From the human T2T-CHM13v2.0 reference genome, Homo sapiens, in assembly GCF_009914755.1 (NCBI RefSeq), contig NC_060926.1: a stretch of 64,000 nt of DNA. One strand, given 5' to 3'. The translations under genes and the position numbers were made by a program. Shown one piece after another: positions 17,472 to 32,214 of the stretch (within the stretch, counting starts at the first letter, position 1; every line of letters begins with the position of its first letter). The notes under the pieces were generated by a model, which worked only from the letters and a program-made list of their open reading frames with translations, searched no databases and had not been told where the DNA came from.

Positions 17472-18224
17472 AGAATCATCCAGTTTTTACCAAGAACAAA
17501 ACTAAAACTTAAATCCCATTTTAAGAGCACATAGGAGGGCCATTTTTTTGGATTTCATCTATTTTACATACTCAGTTTTACTTAAGCTACTAGAATCAAT
17601 TGGATAGGAGATACAAAGAATCTAATTCTAAATATTACACGGAAAGTAAAAACAAGGCTTTCTTTCAGGAAGCTTAATAGAAAGAAATTATATCTTTTTT
17701 CTCTATAGAATATCTAATGCTATGATTTGGAAACCACAAATGTGTTAGCAGGACAGTTGTGTAAATGAGTTAATAAATTGCCAGGATACAACAATTAGAT
17801 TAAATATAAACTCTTTGGACTATTACTACTGTACAACTTTAATATTAAGGGAAGATTCTAAATTACACTTAAGTTGCTCAATCATATTTTACAGATGCCT
17901 TCACAAAGAAAATTTCCTTCATTATTAGAGATACTCTTCCCAAATTTGAAATTCCAGAATAGATCTCATAAGAAAATCCATATCAATACATCATGCACAG
18001 CATTCTAAATGGAAATTTCATTGCTTTAAATTGCAAAAAGATGTAGATTTTATCCCAATCTATATTGCTATCAGATTTAGAAATTTTTGACTCTATTATT
18101 AAAACCCCTTTACAATCCATTATCTGGCTTACCCATTAGTTTAACTCAATGTCACCAATGACCCTAGAGCAACGCTTTCCAGGAGGATGAGGATTTCTCT
18201 CCCTTCCCCCCTAACTTCACAGCA

Positions 18225-18350
18225 ATCCTAGGAATTAGATACTTATCCCACTGTACAGAAAAAGGAAACTGAGACTCCAAGAGGTTGTTCAGTTCATACA
18301 GCTAAGGAAGCTAGAATTTGACCCAGATCTATGGGACTTCAGAGGACATG
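18225..18350 (-). mobile_element. MIR SINE
   Basis: tatcccactgtacaga...ggaaactgagactccaagaggtt...agaatttgacccagatct. Confidence 0.7.
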
Positions 18351-18409
18351 CTTGCTGGCTTGCTTCTAGCTTAGAGTATCTTAAATGAGTGTTGAGTCTT
18401 TTATCACAT

Positions 18410-18410
<1 letters not shown>

Positions 18411-18452
<42 letters not shown>
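18411..18452. repeat. (CA)21 microsatellite
   Basis: Uninterrupted CA run, read directly. Confidence 0.98.
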
Positions 18453-18455
<3 letters not shown>

Positions 18456-21400
18456 CTTTTGAAGAGGAATAACAGAAATGAACAAAAACAGAAATTCAAA
18501 TATCAATCACTTAGCTAATCACCACTATTGCTACCATTTATCCCAAATTTTGAAAAACTGCCCTGCATAAAATGAAATCTACAGAACTACTAGAGTTGGA
18601 TCAATATTATACACCAATCCAAACGATTTTCCAGTGGATTCAATTCAACAAATACTTATTTAAATCTTTGTATGTTTCCAAGGTATAGTTTTTAAACAAC
18701 AATAAGGCACTAAGAAATAAATCAACTTTGCCAAGATATTAAATGGATTTAAGAAATCAAAGTAGTTCATCTGACCATTTGCAGTCTTTACTAAGAACCA
18801 TCACAGACCATTGATATCTAGGGTCAGTCTGGAACCTGCCAATAATCATAAGCTGGTGAACTGATTATTCATTTTATATCTTTATTAAAGTTTTAATTTT
18901 GGTATTTTGTATTACAATGAATGTAATAAAAATATAACAAGAGCTAAAATGGTCTTCTGAAGCAAAAGTGCAGGAAGGAATAACTGGAAACATATCAGGA
19001 TATTCTCAGGTTATTCAGCAGAAACTCCAGTGTGATCACTGAAAGCATCACCTCTCACCGAAGTATTTCAACTCTGTGCTTTATAAGAAAGTTCGATCTC
19101 AAGCTAATTTTAGATACAGGAGCCAAATTTTTAGTTATCCTAATCATCTCACATTAACTCCCAAGATTACACTTGGGAAAATGGACATTGTCAGTAAAAA
19201 GAAAGAAAGGATCAAGCACAGGGCAACTGTCATACCCCCACAGGATTACAAACTCTTCCTTCAGAGACAAATCAAACTGGGAGGAGAAGGCAAAAGTATT
19301 ACCACCAGCGGGCTAACCATGAAGTTTAATTAAAGAAGGAATTACAGAATTAGAGAGTATGTCTTTGTCCGTTAGCCCCTTGTGACCTCCTCTGTAGCCT
19401 CGGGAAATATTTCATCCTAGTTAACACTATTATACATGAAATCTTGCCTCAATTTTATAGGGATTTAGTCATGTGGAATTCTGTAATTATTGGTGTTCAG
19501 ACAAATATAATTCAGAGATGGGAGACAGGCAAAAAATGGAGAAACAAAATAATTCACAAGCATGAATTTTGTACATTGTCTTTCTTCTCAGCAAGACGTT
19601 TCATTTGAATAATTAAAGAATCAAAACATGACAACCATTTAAATTCTATGTTTGCCCTAGATATAATACAATGTGATTTACAGACATGGGAGGAGGTGGA
19701 GGGATCTCTGGAGGCTGAATTTCCTAGTCATAATTTATTTACTATAAGATGGCCTCATACCAAACCCGATGGTCTTTTCGTCAGTTTTAATCTTTCTGAG
19801 CTAGATTTGTGAGCACTTTTACTCCCAGCTGTGTTTCACTGAAAAAAGAACAAGATAAAAATAAGAATCCTTCCTGAGAGCTCCATGAAGCCTTTTTATA
19901 CTGCGAGTCTGATCACTTAAGGGTATTTCACAAGTATATTCCAGAAGGTCTTTAACAGGTCAACTTGAAGTTTGATGAACCTACTTGGCTAATTGCAGAA
20001 GGTCTCCTGCGCTTGTGAGTTTTGCCATTCAACGTGAAGGGTACAATGGGACAACTAACTGTTTTCTGATCTGAAGTAGCCCTTTTACGCTGAGAAAGAT
20101 GTGAATGACCTCTCTCGTGTTTACTCGGGTGAAAGTCAGGAGGAGTGAAGCAAGACTGATATTCCTTTGCAGACCCAGAGTAAATGACAAATGACATTTT
20201 CCCTTTGTGATCTTTGGGATTTTTGTTGACTTATTTGGAGGCTTTTGTTGGATCCCAAGAAATGGCCTGTGGCTGAGGCCTATTCTACCGATTTCCACGC
20301 TCCATCTGTGGAATCCATCAGCAGGGCATTTACCCTCATTCAGGGTTCTGACACCTGCCTGGCAGGGCGCAGGAGACACAAAGAAAGCTGGAGTGGATGA
20401 GAAAGGGGAGGTTGGGGTGGGTTTTTTTTTCAGAGAGAGAAGGAGGGGGGAGGTTGAAATGGATACACAGTAGGGGTTAATCCAAGTCAGTTGAGAGACT
20501 TCAGCACCTGGAAGCTTCTCTTCCACATTAATTCACAAGCTAAGAAGTAATCAGCGATGTTATTTTTAATTTATTTTAAAATTGTATATATGTTGAGAAA
20601 AGAAAACAGATATGCAGGTGGAAAAAAAACAGAGATTTAAAATAAAATTTTAACGTGTAGCTAGAACTGTACATTGTGTAACTATCAAGCCATACATTGA
20701 ACTTTCCGGAATTCTTAACCCAGAACTAGGGTCCGAGTAATTGTTATTTTGATAAACAATTGTGAGTTGATAAACTGGGAGGGATGGTTTACAACCTGTT
20801 CAATGGTCTATTTGGTGGTGGGGGTGAGGGGTAGGTAAAGGGGTCTCATTTTGTTTTTATTCCCTCTATGATTTCTCCCCGAAATGTGCCAGCAAAAGAC
20901 TCTTTAGCAAGTGCAAAAAAAAAAAAAATAGAATTTTTGGGAAGGATATGCTGAGCTTTCTTGAGCAAAGGTTCTTTCAAGAACACTAAATCTAATTAAG
21001 ACCCTCCAGCCATTTACCTACTCTTGTTCCTGCCCAGCAGTCCCCTATTTTTTGGCTGGAGAAAAGTAACGCTATTCCCCTCCCTTCTGACCCAAGCCCT
21101 TCCCTCGGAAGCTGCCGTCTCACAGCACGAGGTCATTAGAAGGAAAATAAGCTCCTGCCAGGTTGGGGCTAATCAAAATAGCACAAATAAACCCTGACAC
21201 TCAACAACTCCCCGAGTGCCTGCTGCCCTGGGAGGAGAGTACAGATTGGTTATGAATATGGCCGGCCACGGGGGCAGTACAGGAGGGCCTGGCCGTGTGC
21301 TCCGTTGCTCCGGAGTTATTTTTAATGCACAACATGGACTATTGGGTGTTTGTTTAAGATAAGGGCTGACAAGCAGAGGTTGGCGGCACGGCAAGCTGCC

Positions 21401-22199
21401 TCTGAAGTGCTGAGCTGCGCAGCCCCAAAGCCCCCCAACATCCTAAGCTTCTCAGAATTTTGAGTTTCAGGTGTGTGCAGGATTTCTATCCACATTTCCT
21501 TGAGGAAACTTTCTCTGGATGGAGTTCTGTCTCAAGCCACCACCTGACCATTGGTCATCGAAAAGTCCTCCTTTCTAACAACAGCAGCAAACAAGAAAGG
21601 CTTATTTCTCCTTCATTCATTCATGCAGCCCTGCTAGTGATTATTTTTAGTAGCTGTATTCACTGGTATGTTTATGTAAAACCATGCTTGTGTCTTTTTC
21701 AACCACTCATACAAGCAACATTTTGCTTAAAGGAGCCACAAAATACCCACCAACCCGTACCTGTTTAAGCAACTCCTTTCGAAGGCTTAAAGTGAAGGAG
21801 GAATTTGTTATTGGCTTGAGAACCCTAACACTGACCCAAATTAGCCCAGTGGCTTCTTATGTGTGTATATGTGTGTAACAAGAATTCCTTTTACAACACG
21901 AATGACATCGCCCTTTCCTACAGTCTCCTGCAAAAGATTTCTATTTGCAATTGTTTTTAACGGCTTTTTAAAACGCCATGGTAACTACCACCAAAGCATT
22001 TCAAAGAGAAAAAGAGAGGAAAGTACACAAGAAAATGTGTCCCTATTCAATTAGGAAAACTGATTAATTAATTAATCAGCTAACAGCATTTTAAGAATAG
22101 TCTCCCATGATAACAACTTTCTCCCCACCTAAGAGCTTAAAAATCAGTCATAATTAAAATTAAGAGCCAGGGCTGCTATCTACAGTAAGGCTCCATGTC

Positions 22200-22850
22200 T
22201 CTAAAAGCAGTAAGCTAAATTCTAGTTTACTGGGATTGGATTGCAAGGGGCGCAGAAAGGTAATTTGCACACTGAAGGGGAACAGGAAAACAGTAGTTCT
22301 CGTGAAAGGAAAAGGGCCAAGTGACTTTTATTTACAATTGCCAAGAGAGAGGCCATTATTGACCATATGTGCCACAATTGCCCTCTTATCGCGGGCTGGC
22401 CATCATGTCCTTTGGGAGCTGTTAATGAACTGGGTAATTGAGCTGCTGACATGTGTTACCAAAACAAAACAATAGGAAGAAGAGACAAATGAACATTTTA
22501 TTTGCCAATCAGAGTAGGTTCAGCTTTTCACGGAGCTGCCGCTAAGTAACTGACTGAATACATAAAACAGTGCGTTGAAAGCAAGCAGATGCAGACACAA
22601 TAATAGTTAACTGACAGCTTATGGCCCATCTGTGCTTAACATTTTGTTAAAGAAATTACTTGACTTGCTAAAGAGACAAATCATACAGCTGCCCCGAGTG
22701 CTGCATTATAAGAGATAAATCATTAGCTAAACTGTTTCATGCTTAAAATGACAATGCTTATTAACAGTTATGTTGGGACATTTTGTCAGCACAGCTTGAC
22801 ACAGTTATTACTTACTAAAAATGTGACAACTCGTAGATATTCAATGGAAT
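22200..22850. promoter_or_regulatory. Candidate developmental enhancer in PAX3 intron 4
   Basis: No recognisable repeat; clustered SOX ACAAT (22334, 22374, 22469, 22597, 22751), homeodomain TAATT (22261, 22435) and TALE TGACAG (22612). Function is inferred. Confidence 0.5.
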
Positions 22851-25800
22851 TGAGTCAGAATGAAAGAACACTTCAAACAATTTGAAAGAACAATGGGCGT
22901 TTTTAATCTCTCACAATTAAATATGCATTTCTAAGATGTTATAAATGAAAATAATTAACTCTATGAAATAGGACATAAGATCATGTTCCCTGTAGTAATG
23001 ATATACCCTTCTGTCATTTACATCTTACTTATTCAAAACTGCAGAATTTTAGAAATGCAGTCATTCTGGGTTGATTACTATGACAGAATAAAATCAGTGA
23101 TCGAACAAAAAATAAGCAGATTAAAGTCATTGTTTCTAGCCATTTCATTTTTTCAACATATCTTCTTCCTTTGGAAACAAATATTTCTTTAATAGGGAAA
23201 GAAAAACCATGTTGTAAAAGACTAGTTTTATGAGGGGATTTCGCTTATGTTTTTGTTACTACAACTGAATTGAAACCACGTTTTTTTTGATCCAAGTGTG
23301 TTTCGTCCATTGAACAACTTACTTCTGAAATCATAGCTATGTAAACTGGTTAACTAGAGGCAGAACACAGATCTCTCAAAGCCCTTCTTGTGATGGATTT
23401 TTTACCATTATGGACAAAATTAACTTAATAATAGTAATTATTATATAAGAAAAGCAGCTACTTACTGACCTGCTAACAGCTTCCTCCGCCCAATCCCTGT
23501 TCCCTGCGAAGTCCTTGCTGTGCATTTTCTTTCACCTTTAACAAAACCCTCTTTGGAGGGATACTGTCATCCCCATCTTACAGATGGGCAAAAATGAGGT
23601 CTAGAGTGATGTTACCTACCTGATTCATGAGAACTCAGAGAGGTTACCCTAATATAAAATCATATCAGCATTGTCATTTGAGAAATAGGATTGATGAGGG
23701 TTGAAGGAAAAACTGTGGCCAATATCTTCACTTCTTCTTTCTTCTTGATCCACTGAGCTAGGACTCAGATATCACAACCCTGTAAATCAGTTGTGAAAAC
23801 ATAAGCATAAAAGGTGAGTAATACTTTCAGTGGTGGTTGGTGTAGGTGGAAATTATGTTCTGTACAGTTACCAAGAAAGAACTCTGCTTATGAAATCTAA
23901 ACCTTAGCTATATTTACAGAACTTTGAATAAGACATGAGTGTTCAATAAGTCTCATGACATAATTGACAAAGACAAAGTACTTTGCCTTCATCCTTATTT
24001 TCCACTATCAAATATTTTTGCTGTTGTGTGCATATGTTGTTTAAAAGTCAACAAATAAACAAAGGTTCAATATGTAAAGGAGATAACAAGTTAGTTATAC
24101 AGAGAGCCTCTTGGAGCAGGTAGAAAACAAAAGAATTCTCCTGTCACCCTTACTAGGACAAAACTACCGAAAGATACACAAAACCTAAACAGCTTTATCC
24201 ACAAGGAAACTTTGCCAAGATTAGCATGACACGAGATGTTTGGAAAATAAAAAAAAGGCAGGTTTTAGAAGAAAGTTAAATACTACACTTTTTGTGCCAA
24301 AAGCCTATGCAAAGAAGTAAGAAGACAAATGAGTAGAGAATTGAAAATGCCAAGACAAAGCATTTACAAAATTGCAGAATCCTTGAAAGGAGCCCTGAAC
24401 CAATCCCTTCATTATACAGATGAAGCCCAGAGAGAGCAAGTGAGGTTATCTCAAATGACACATCATGAAAGAAACATTTATTAAATGCCTGAGATGTGGC
24501 TGATACTGTCCTTTGCACTAGGGATGCAAATATGAATAATATATGGAGCCTAAACTCAAAAAGTAAAACTCTCATTCCAGTACTCTTTCCACTAAGGCAA
24601 AAGAAAGTGTCAGTGTACATAGGAGTTAATCTAGTCATGCCCTGTGGCAACAGAAAGATTAAATAGCCCATCAAAGCTGAAAAACCTAGATATGTTATTT
24701 ACTAAGAAACAGAGGCATAGATTCTGTGATCTTTAGTATAAAGATCAAAATAATACATAAATGCTTTTAACGACACTTCCCATATGGCATTTCAAGATTG
24801 TTTCTTTGCTTCCCATCTTCTCTTGGGTTCTATAAAAAAGAAAAAGGGTAGCACAGGAAGCTTGTTTTGAAAATCCAAATCTTATCTGGGTCAATTATTG
24901 CTTGTTGGAAGATTGAAAGAGGTAATAACTGAACATAGGAGAAAACTCTTTTCCTGGAGGCAACAGAGAAGGCTGAGCTTAATCCTTGCTGGCAAAGGAA
25001 TTAGCAGCAACATCAAGGTCATCATCAGAAATCATGCTTGGGATACCTACTGTGCAAGAAGTACTTCCCTAGAGGCCGTGAAGAGGGGATAATGAATGAG
25101 AAGAGAGTGTGATTCCTCCCCTTCATCGTGCAAAAGTATAAGTCTCCTGTCTACAAGGTGGTCCTTCAGATTAGTGTCACATCCAACCAATGGACCTAGG
25201 GGAGGAATTGGCAAACCAGTCAAAATGACTAAATAGATGATGTAAATGATTTATCACCAGCCTTAGGTAGGGACAGCTGCTTTTTGAAATTTTGTCTTTT
25301 TGTGTCTAAGCAACAGTTGCCATTGAACTTAGAAGAGGTGATATCAAAGGTTTGGGCAAAGGAAGTTTCATGTCATGGTGATGTGTCCTACTGCTTAGGA
25401 GAGAGGCCAAACTACTTCAAATACCCAGATGGCCCCTTCCTCTCTGATTTGGGACAAGCTTATTAACCCTCTGAATCCATTTTCTCATCAGCAAAGTAGG
25501 GTTTAAAACATCTGCTCCAAAGACTGGTTTTTAAGGAAAGGAGATAGTTTGCAAAACATAACACAATTCCTGATACACAATTTATCCTCAGCAAATGTTA
25601 TCCCCTCTGCACCTATTCCCCTTCTTGTTAACCAGTCCTACCAGGCATAAGGGAATAGCATGTGAAGAATGTTCCCTACATCCTAAGACTGAGAGAGAAA
25701 AATCACCACCAAAGCTTTGCAGGTATTTGTAGAAGTCCCAGAATGTGTACAATAAGCATGATCCAATCTCCCATCTGCTTCCTCTTCAGAAGAACCCGCC

Positions 25801-25957
25801 CATAGTCAGACAGTATATTGTTCACCAAAAAAAAAAAAAAAAAAAGATATTCAGCTCTTGCTCATTCCCAATTCCCTTAAAAATCCAAAACAAAGATCAA
25901 AGTTACTCAACTTCACCTAACCCAGGACCTGTATCTGTACTGTGAGATCAAAAATTA

Positions 25958-26259
25958 GGCCGAGTGTGGTGGTGCATGCCTGTAATCCCAGCACTTTGAG
26001 AGGTTGAGGTGGGCAGGTAACTTGAGGCCAGAGGTATGAAACCAGCCTGGCCAATGAGGCAAAATCCCGTCTCTAATGAAGATACAAAAATTAGCTGGAT
26101 ATGATGGTGCACACCTGTAATCCCAGCTATTCAGGAGGCTGAGGCACGAGAATCACTTGAAACTGGGAGGCAGAGTTTGCAGTGAGCTGAGATCATGCCA
26201 CTGCACTCCAACCTGGACAACAGAACGAGACTGTCTCAAAAAAAGAAAAAGAAAAGAAA
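25958..26259 (+). mobile_element. Alu (AluS/J-like)
   Basis: Full dimer with A-rich tail; aaaatta flanks. Confidence 0.93.
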
Positions 26260-26779
26260 TAGAATAAAATTAAGGTAGCTATGAAAGTAAATAAATTCAG
26301 TGCTCCCAAATACCTCAGGGCCTAAACAGGAAGGCCAAGCTTAACAAAAGTCAGGCAACCAGCCTAAAAGAAATTAAGCACATGCCAACATTTAGTTTGA
26401 TTTTCACGGGGAAAACCTGAATATATTTGCTTGGAGGCAAATTCTTGTCTTCTCTATGTCTACTGATATGGATCTGCACAGGCAAAACAAAGTATAATTG
26501 TGAGCAATTCACCTTCTGATCATTTTTATTAGTGTCCACAACCAATGTGAATAGGTCAGGTACCCAACACCAGAAAAACACAAGAATTTCTTCAGTAGCA
26601 GGTTTCTGCATGAATTATTGGACAACTGCCTTTCTTTTCCACATTGCCTTTTCAGGGACAATCTTGCAGAACTGGAGGGAAATGAATAAGGAAGTGATAT
26701 GTGGGAGAGAGTAAAGGAGGGGAGGAGAGAAGAGAAAATAACTGAAGAGAATAAAAGAGGGGAGAAAGAAGAGAAGAGA

Positions 26780-27272
<493 letters not shown>

Positions 27273-27664
27273 CTAATCCCTGGCAACTTTAAATAAATTA
27301 AAGCTTTTCCTGGGTAAAAACCAAAAGTAGCCCCACTCGTTCTTCCCACCCACACCAGCCCATGGTTTTAACTGGAAATCATCCCATCACTATGTCAAGA
27401 CAGATGCCAACATTTAAAGAAACTACTGCCAATTCAGTTCAAACTCAAGCTCATTCTTCACCACCCAATTTACATGTTCGTTCCTAAGAAAAGCTTTTTG
27501 AGCAAAATATGTTTCTTATTTCATTGTGCGTTTTTGTTTTCATACTACAAAAGTACATTACATTATAAAATAAAATTTGAGCAATGTCTAAAAATAAAAA
27601 ATAATGATAGTCCCAGAACCAAAAAGAATTGCTATTGATTTTAAATTAGAGAATTATATTATAC

Positions 27665-27730
27665 AGATGGATGGGTGGATGGATGGATGGATGGATGGAT
27701 CAATAGATCAATAGATAGATATAGACAGAT
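27665..27730. repeat. Compound (GGAT)n/(GATA)n tetranucleotide repeat
   Basis: gatggatgggtggatggatggatggatggatggatcaatagatcaatagatagat. Confidence 0.9.
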
Positions 27731-30700
27731 CCAACTCCTTTGCTGTGTTTCTTCGCATTCTTTTTTTCTGTGTAATTATTAACAAAATATAAGTTTTTAA
27801 AAACTTTCTTAATTACACATTAAAAAGGTAAATAAAACTCTTTCCTCCAGCAAGTTTTCAAGTGAATTTATCCTTGTTATTTTAGCAATAGCACAAGTTG
27901 CTTGGTTAATAGTATTGTTTATATTTGAAAATTTAACTTTCTTAAAGTTGTTTTCTGAGATTATAAAGCACTACTCCTTTTGATTTGTTCATATTTACCT
28001 GTGAATGCATTTGGATGGCCAGATATGAAAATTTGCCAATTTCTGTATATGAGGGCTGAGACAAATGCACATATATTCTCATTGTCTTTGTATAACTCAG
28101 GTGTCTAATTCATCCAAACAAACATTGAACCCACTTATACATCTCTCCTTCTATTCTCACAATAAGTTAGCCACAAGTTTAAGAAAGCTTGTCCAGGGCT
28201 GGGTCATCAGAGATTGTTGTCCTTACAGCATCCCTCCCAAGTCCATGTCTTTATTCCTATTCAGGCCTCAATGAAGTAGGAGGGGGCTCTTCAAATATTT
28301 TCTTCTTTCTGATAGAAGAAGCTAGAGCAGGATGAGAGTGTGAATGGCTGAGTTTAAGCCTCTGCACAGAGAGAGTGACAAGAGAAGAAAACCAGTGGAA
28401 GCACAGGAAGACAAATCCCAGGTAACTAACAACGTAACTAAACTGCAGGGAGAAAATTAGAAATAGATAGTTTTTTAAAATTTTTTCCCACTATTAGTCA
28501 GAGACGTTCATGTTTTGTGCTAAATGTGCTGCTTAGCATAGAATTTTAAAACCTAGAAATCACTTTAAATATCAGCAGAAAACTCTTTACTCTAGATTTG
28601 AAAAACTCAAGAAACAAAAACTGAGTTTCAGAGGAATGAAATGATACCTCCATCATCAACTGGCTTGGTGGCAAGTTAAATTTCAAACCTATATCTCTTG
28701 AGTTCTAAATTCTGGCTTTTTTCATTTTATCACATGATCAACTCATTTTTTTCTGTGGATCTATAGGTGAATTTACTCCTATATTCTAATGGTAGCTAGA
28801 GTCCTCCTACCACCAACAAACCCACTGAATCTGAAAATTAGTGGAATGAGGTGGACTCATAATTGGGCCCAGAGAGGAAAAAAAAATTTTTTTTTAGCGT
28901 CTTAACCATTCTATTTACATCTAACCATTATGTAATGCTGTTTTGTTTCTGATTTTTAAATTCTCACTATATCTCATTATATCTACCTCATTACATCTTT
29001 ATAACTGTGAGTTGGATATTATCTTTGTTTTAAAAATGACATTGATAAAAGAACCTGCCCAAAGTCTCAGCGGGTCAATTACATGTCAGAGCTTCAAAGA
29101 TAATCATCAGTCTTCACTCTAAATATGCATTAAAATGTCCTCTGGATCATCTATTGCTTAGTATTATTCACAAATTTTTTTCACCCAAATAACATGTATA
29201 TTCAATTACTGATTAATAACCAATTTTATAAGAAATAATAATAAATTCCAAAGTAAATTAGCTGTAAAATATAGAAAACTAGTAATTAATGTGAAACTGA
29301 ACATGTACACAAAAATCTGCTAAGAATTCACTTTATGGCATTTAAAGTTTTCATTAGAGTGGAACAAAACGACTTCCCAGAATTTCATGTGCTTGCCAAA
29401 ATGGACCAACTGTTTGTCATAACTTGGCTCCCTCACTGTCTGTGCTACCTTGAATACCTTTCTGCACATCTTCACACAATGCCACATGCAGGTCTCAAAG
29501 CCCAGTTTCACAAAGCATTCACTGAACCTCACAGCCATCAATGCCCCTCCCTTCTCTGTACTGCAAGAGCATTTTGTACTTTCCATACACACCGTGCCTT
29601 TCCTTGGTAATTAAACTATTGACTACAACTTGCAGGTCAACTCTTGTTGCAACCACACTTATTTCTCTGATTGACCACTTCCTTGAATTTGTATCCATTT
29701 AGCTGTGTGTCCCAGCAGTACTTTTTCATTTTAAAGGGTCAAATAGTCAGAGGTCAGCAAAGCAACTAGTAAGTTTATACAGACAAATCTAAAAAATGCA
29801 AACATTGCCTTACTAAAAGCAGGTTTTGAGGGAGCTTGGTTCTTTGCTTGCCTGTTGAGTAGTTTTGTAAACAAAAAATTAGAGGTCATTTTAAGAGAAA
29901 TGTCTTTGTGTGGTAAAGTTTAGTGGTTATTTTGACTGTCACAATGCTACAAAAAATCTGAGGAAAGGAGGAAAAACTGGCTGATGGTATGATACAGCAT
30001 TATCCCAAAATAAGGAAAGTGACTGAGGACCATGTGATCAATTCTACTTCAGTCTTTCATAGGCTTGCAGTTAATTTTGGAGGCATTCACAGACAGTAAA
30101 CAAGGAGGCGCTTTCTTGGTTTCAGTATTTACCAATGGAGAAAAAAACTGTGAACGTGTTTAGTAAACTGTAACATTCATGTAACTTACATGTTTTCAGC
30201 AGCAGCAGCACCCCCACCAGACTGTTATTATTACAGTAGATAATAAAGCACCAATTAAATAAACTTTATTAGCAAGAATTAAATTGAAGAGGCATTATAT
30301 TAAGCCTTTCAGTTTCTACAAAAAATAAAAACATAAGAGTATGAAGTCATTTTCTCTGATCAACTAAATACACTTGCCCCTTTTTTTCTCAAATGTCGTG
30401 ATTCTTCTCTTTGAATACAAGAAGACATCAACAATACCATTCCTCTCTCAGCTCAGACCCTTTCCTTGAGTAAATCTTTCCTTTTCCCATTTTCATCTTC
30501 AGTCTTAGGCCTTAGGAAAGGTTTACTCTTCAACTTCCAGAGTCCTACATATTTGTCAACAAAGAGGTTTTTTTCTTCTCCCCTTTCAAAAAAGGTTTGA
30601 GTAAATCCTAGCCCAAAAATGCAGTGTTAGAAGTAGGTCCATGTTTTGCAGAGGTTTGAAGCTTTTCCGATTTGGGAAGATCCACTTTAAGAACACAAAA

Positions 30701-32178
30701 CTAGCTTTCTTCTGCATAGTCTACAAAATCACATGACCACGTGACACATTGTAAGGGCCCTTTGCAGAGATTCAGAAGAAGCCCTTGCCCCCGGGGTCCC
30801 GCAGTTCTCTCCACTGTAAATTCACTTCTGCCCATGAACCTCTGGTGAAGCCAGTCTTCAAGTGAAAGACACTTTCCTTCTATGTCTGCCCTTCCTGCTA
30901 ATGACACAGTATAAAATATCCCTAAATAACAGTAACGACAGCCCTCCCCTGATCCCCAAATAGCAGGAACAATCAAGTCAATCAATATTCATGCTTATAA
31001 GCTACCTAGAGTCTTTGATAGGAGAATAGGGTTTCTTTCCCAATTCCACTTGAAATCAACCTACCTTGACTTATGAGTAAATGGAGACATATAGGTCATG
31101 GATAGTTCAGAGAACCTCATGAATAAAACTGTGGTTTTATTTTTTGCTTTATGTCCTACCCTTAAAGAAATGTCTTGAGAACCTGGACTTTATCACAGGT
31201 AGGGGGATCTTATGAGCGTGATTGCACCCTTCCCATCACTCTGTTTCCTCCATGTGCATGTCTTTACACTCACTAAGCCTCAGAACGCAGCTGAAATAGT
31301 TTGTGAAATTCTATTATGAATGTATCTTCTGTAGTGAATATGTATTACTTTTGTGCAATGGAAGTAGTTCCATTATTGGGAAGTAACCCCCAAAAAGCTT
31401 TGGTATTTTCATGAGAATTTGCAAACAACCTTGAGTCAATTCAAGATTTTAGCCAGCATGTATAATCTTTTTGTCCCTAAAAAATGATACTGCTAGTACC
31501 CTCCCAAACTTGAAAAAAATCAAATACCACTAAAAATTCTATGCATGTCAATTCACTTTGTAACATCTTGCAGAGGAAATACCTTCACCACAGAAACTTT
31601 GAAAAAGGTATTATGAAAAAGGGAACATGGGCCAGACATAGGCCAAACTTAATACCCTAGAAACTGAAGTGGAAGAATTGGGGCAATTAGAAATTTACAA
31701 GAAAAAAGAATGTTTTTGGTTAGATTGGTTGGTTATTTCAAGGACAAGGGCTTTAGAATTTCACTTACCTAAATACTATCTTATATTTCTCCTTTATTTG
31801 TATCCAAAGATGTGGCTTTATTCTCTTCTGAGATTTCTTAAATTCTAAATATGACACAGGACCTCATGCAGTTCTGCCCCAAATGATTCATTAGAAACTA
31901 AATTTCTCTACATTTCTTCACACTTCCAAATAAATAAAACACAAATTTTCACTTATCTCAGCAGTTCCAACACATGATCATTTGAGGGAGATTTATTTAA
32001 CATAGAAGTTTTGGGCTGACTGCCACTGCTCCTGGATTATAAACAAAATTGAAAATGCACATTTGCATTTAAAGAATTATCTCCCCCAACACTTCCACTG
32101 TCCTCTAGAGGTAACCACTTTGTGGTCATAACCACCCTCAGGTGAAGGGGGAACACTGTCAATACCCATCACAATACA

Positions 32179-32183
32179 TTTTT

Positions 32184-32214
<31 letters not shown>

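Noticed and set aside
20029-20526. Longest ORF in the track (165 aa, minus strand)
   Set aside because: Non-ATG start, no recognisable domain and no clear splice signals; consistent with chance in 64 kb.
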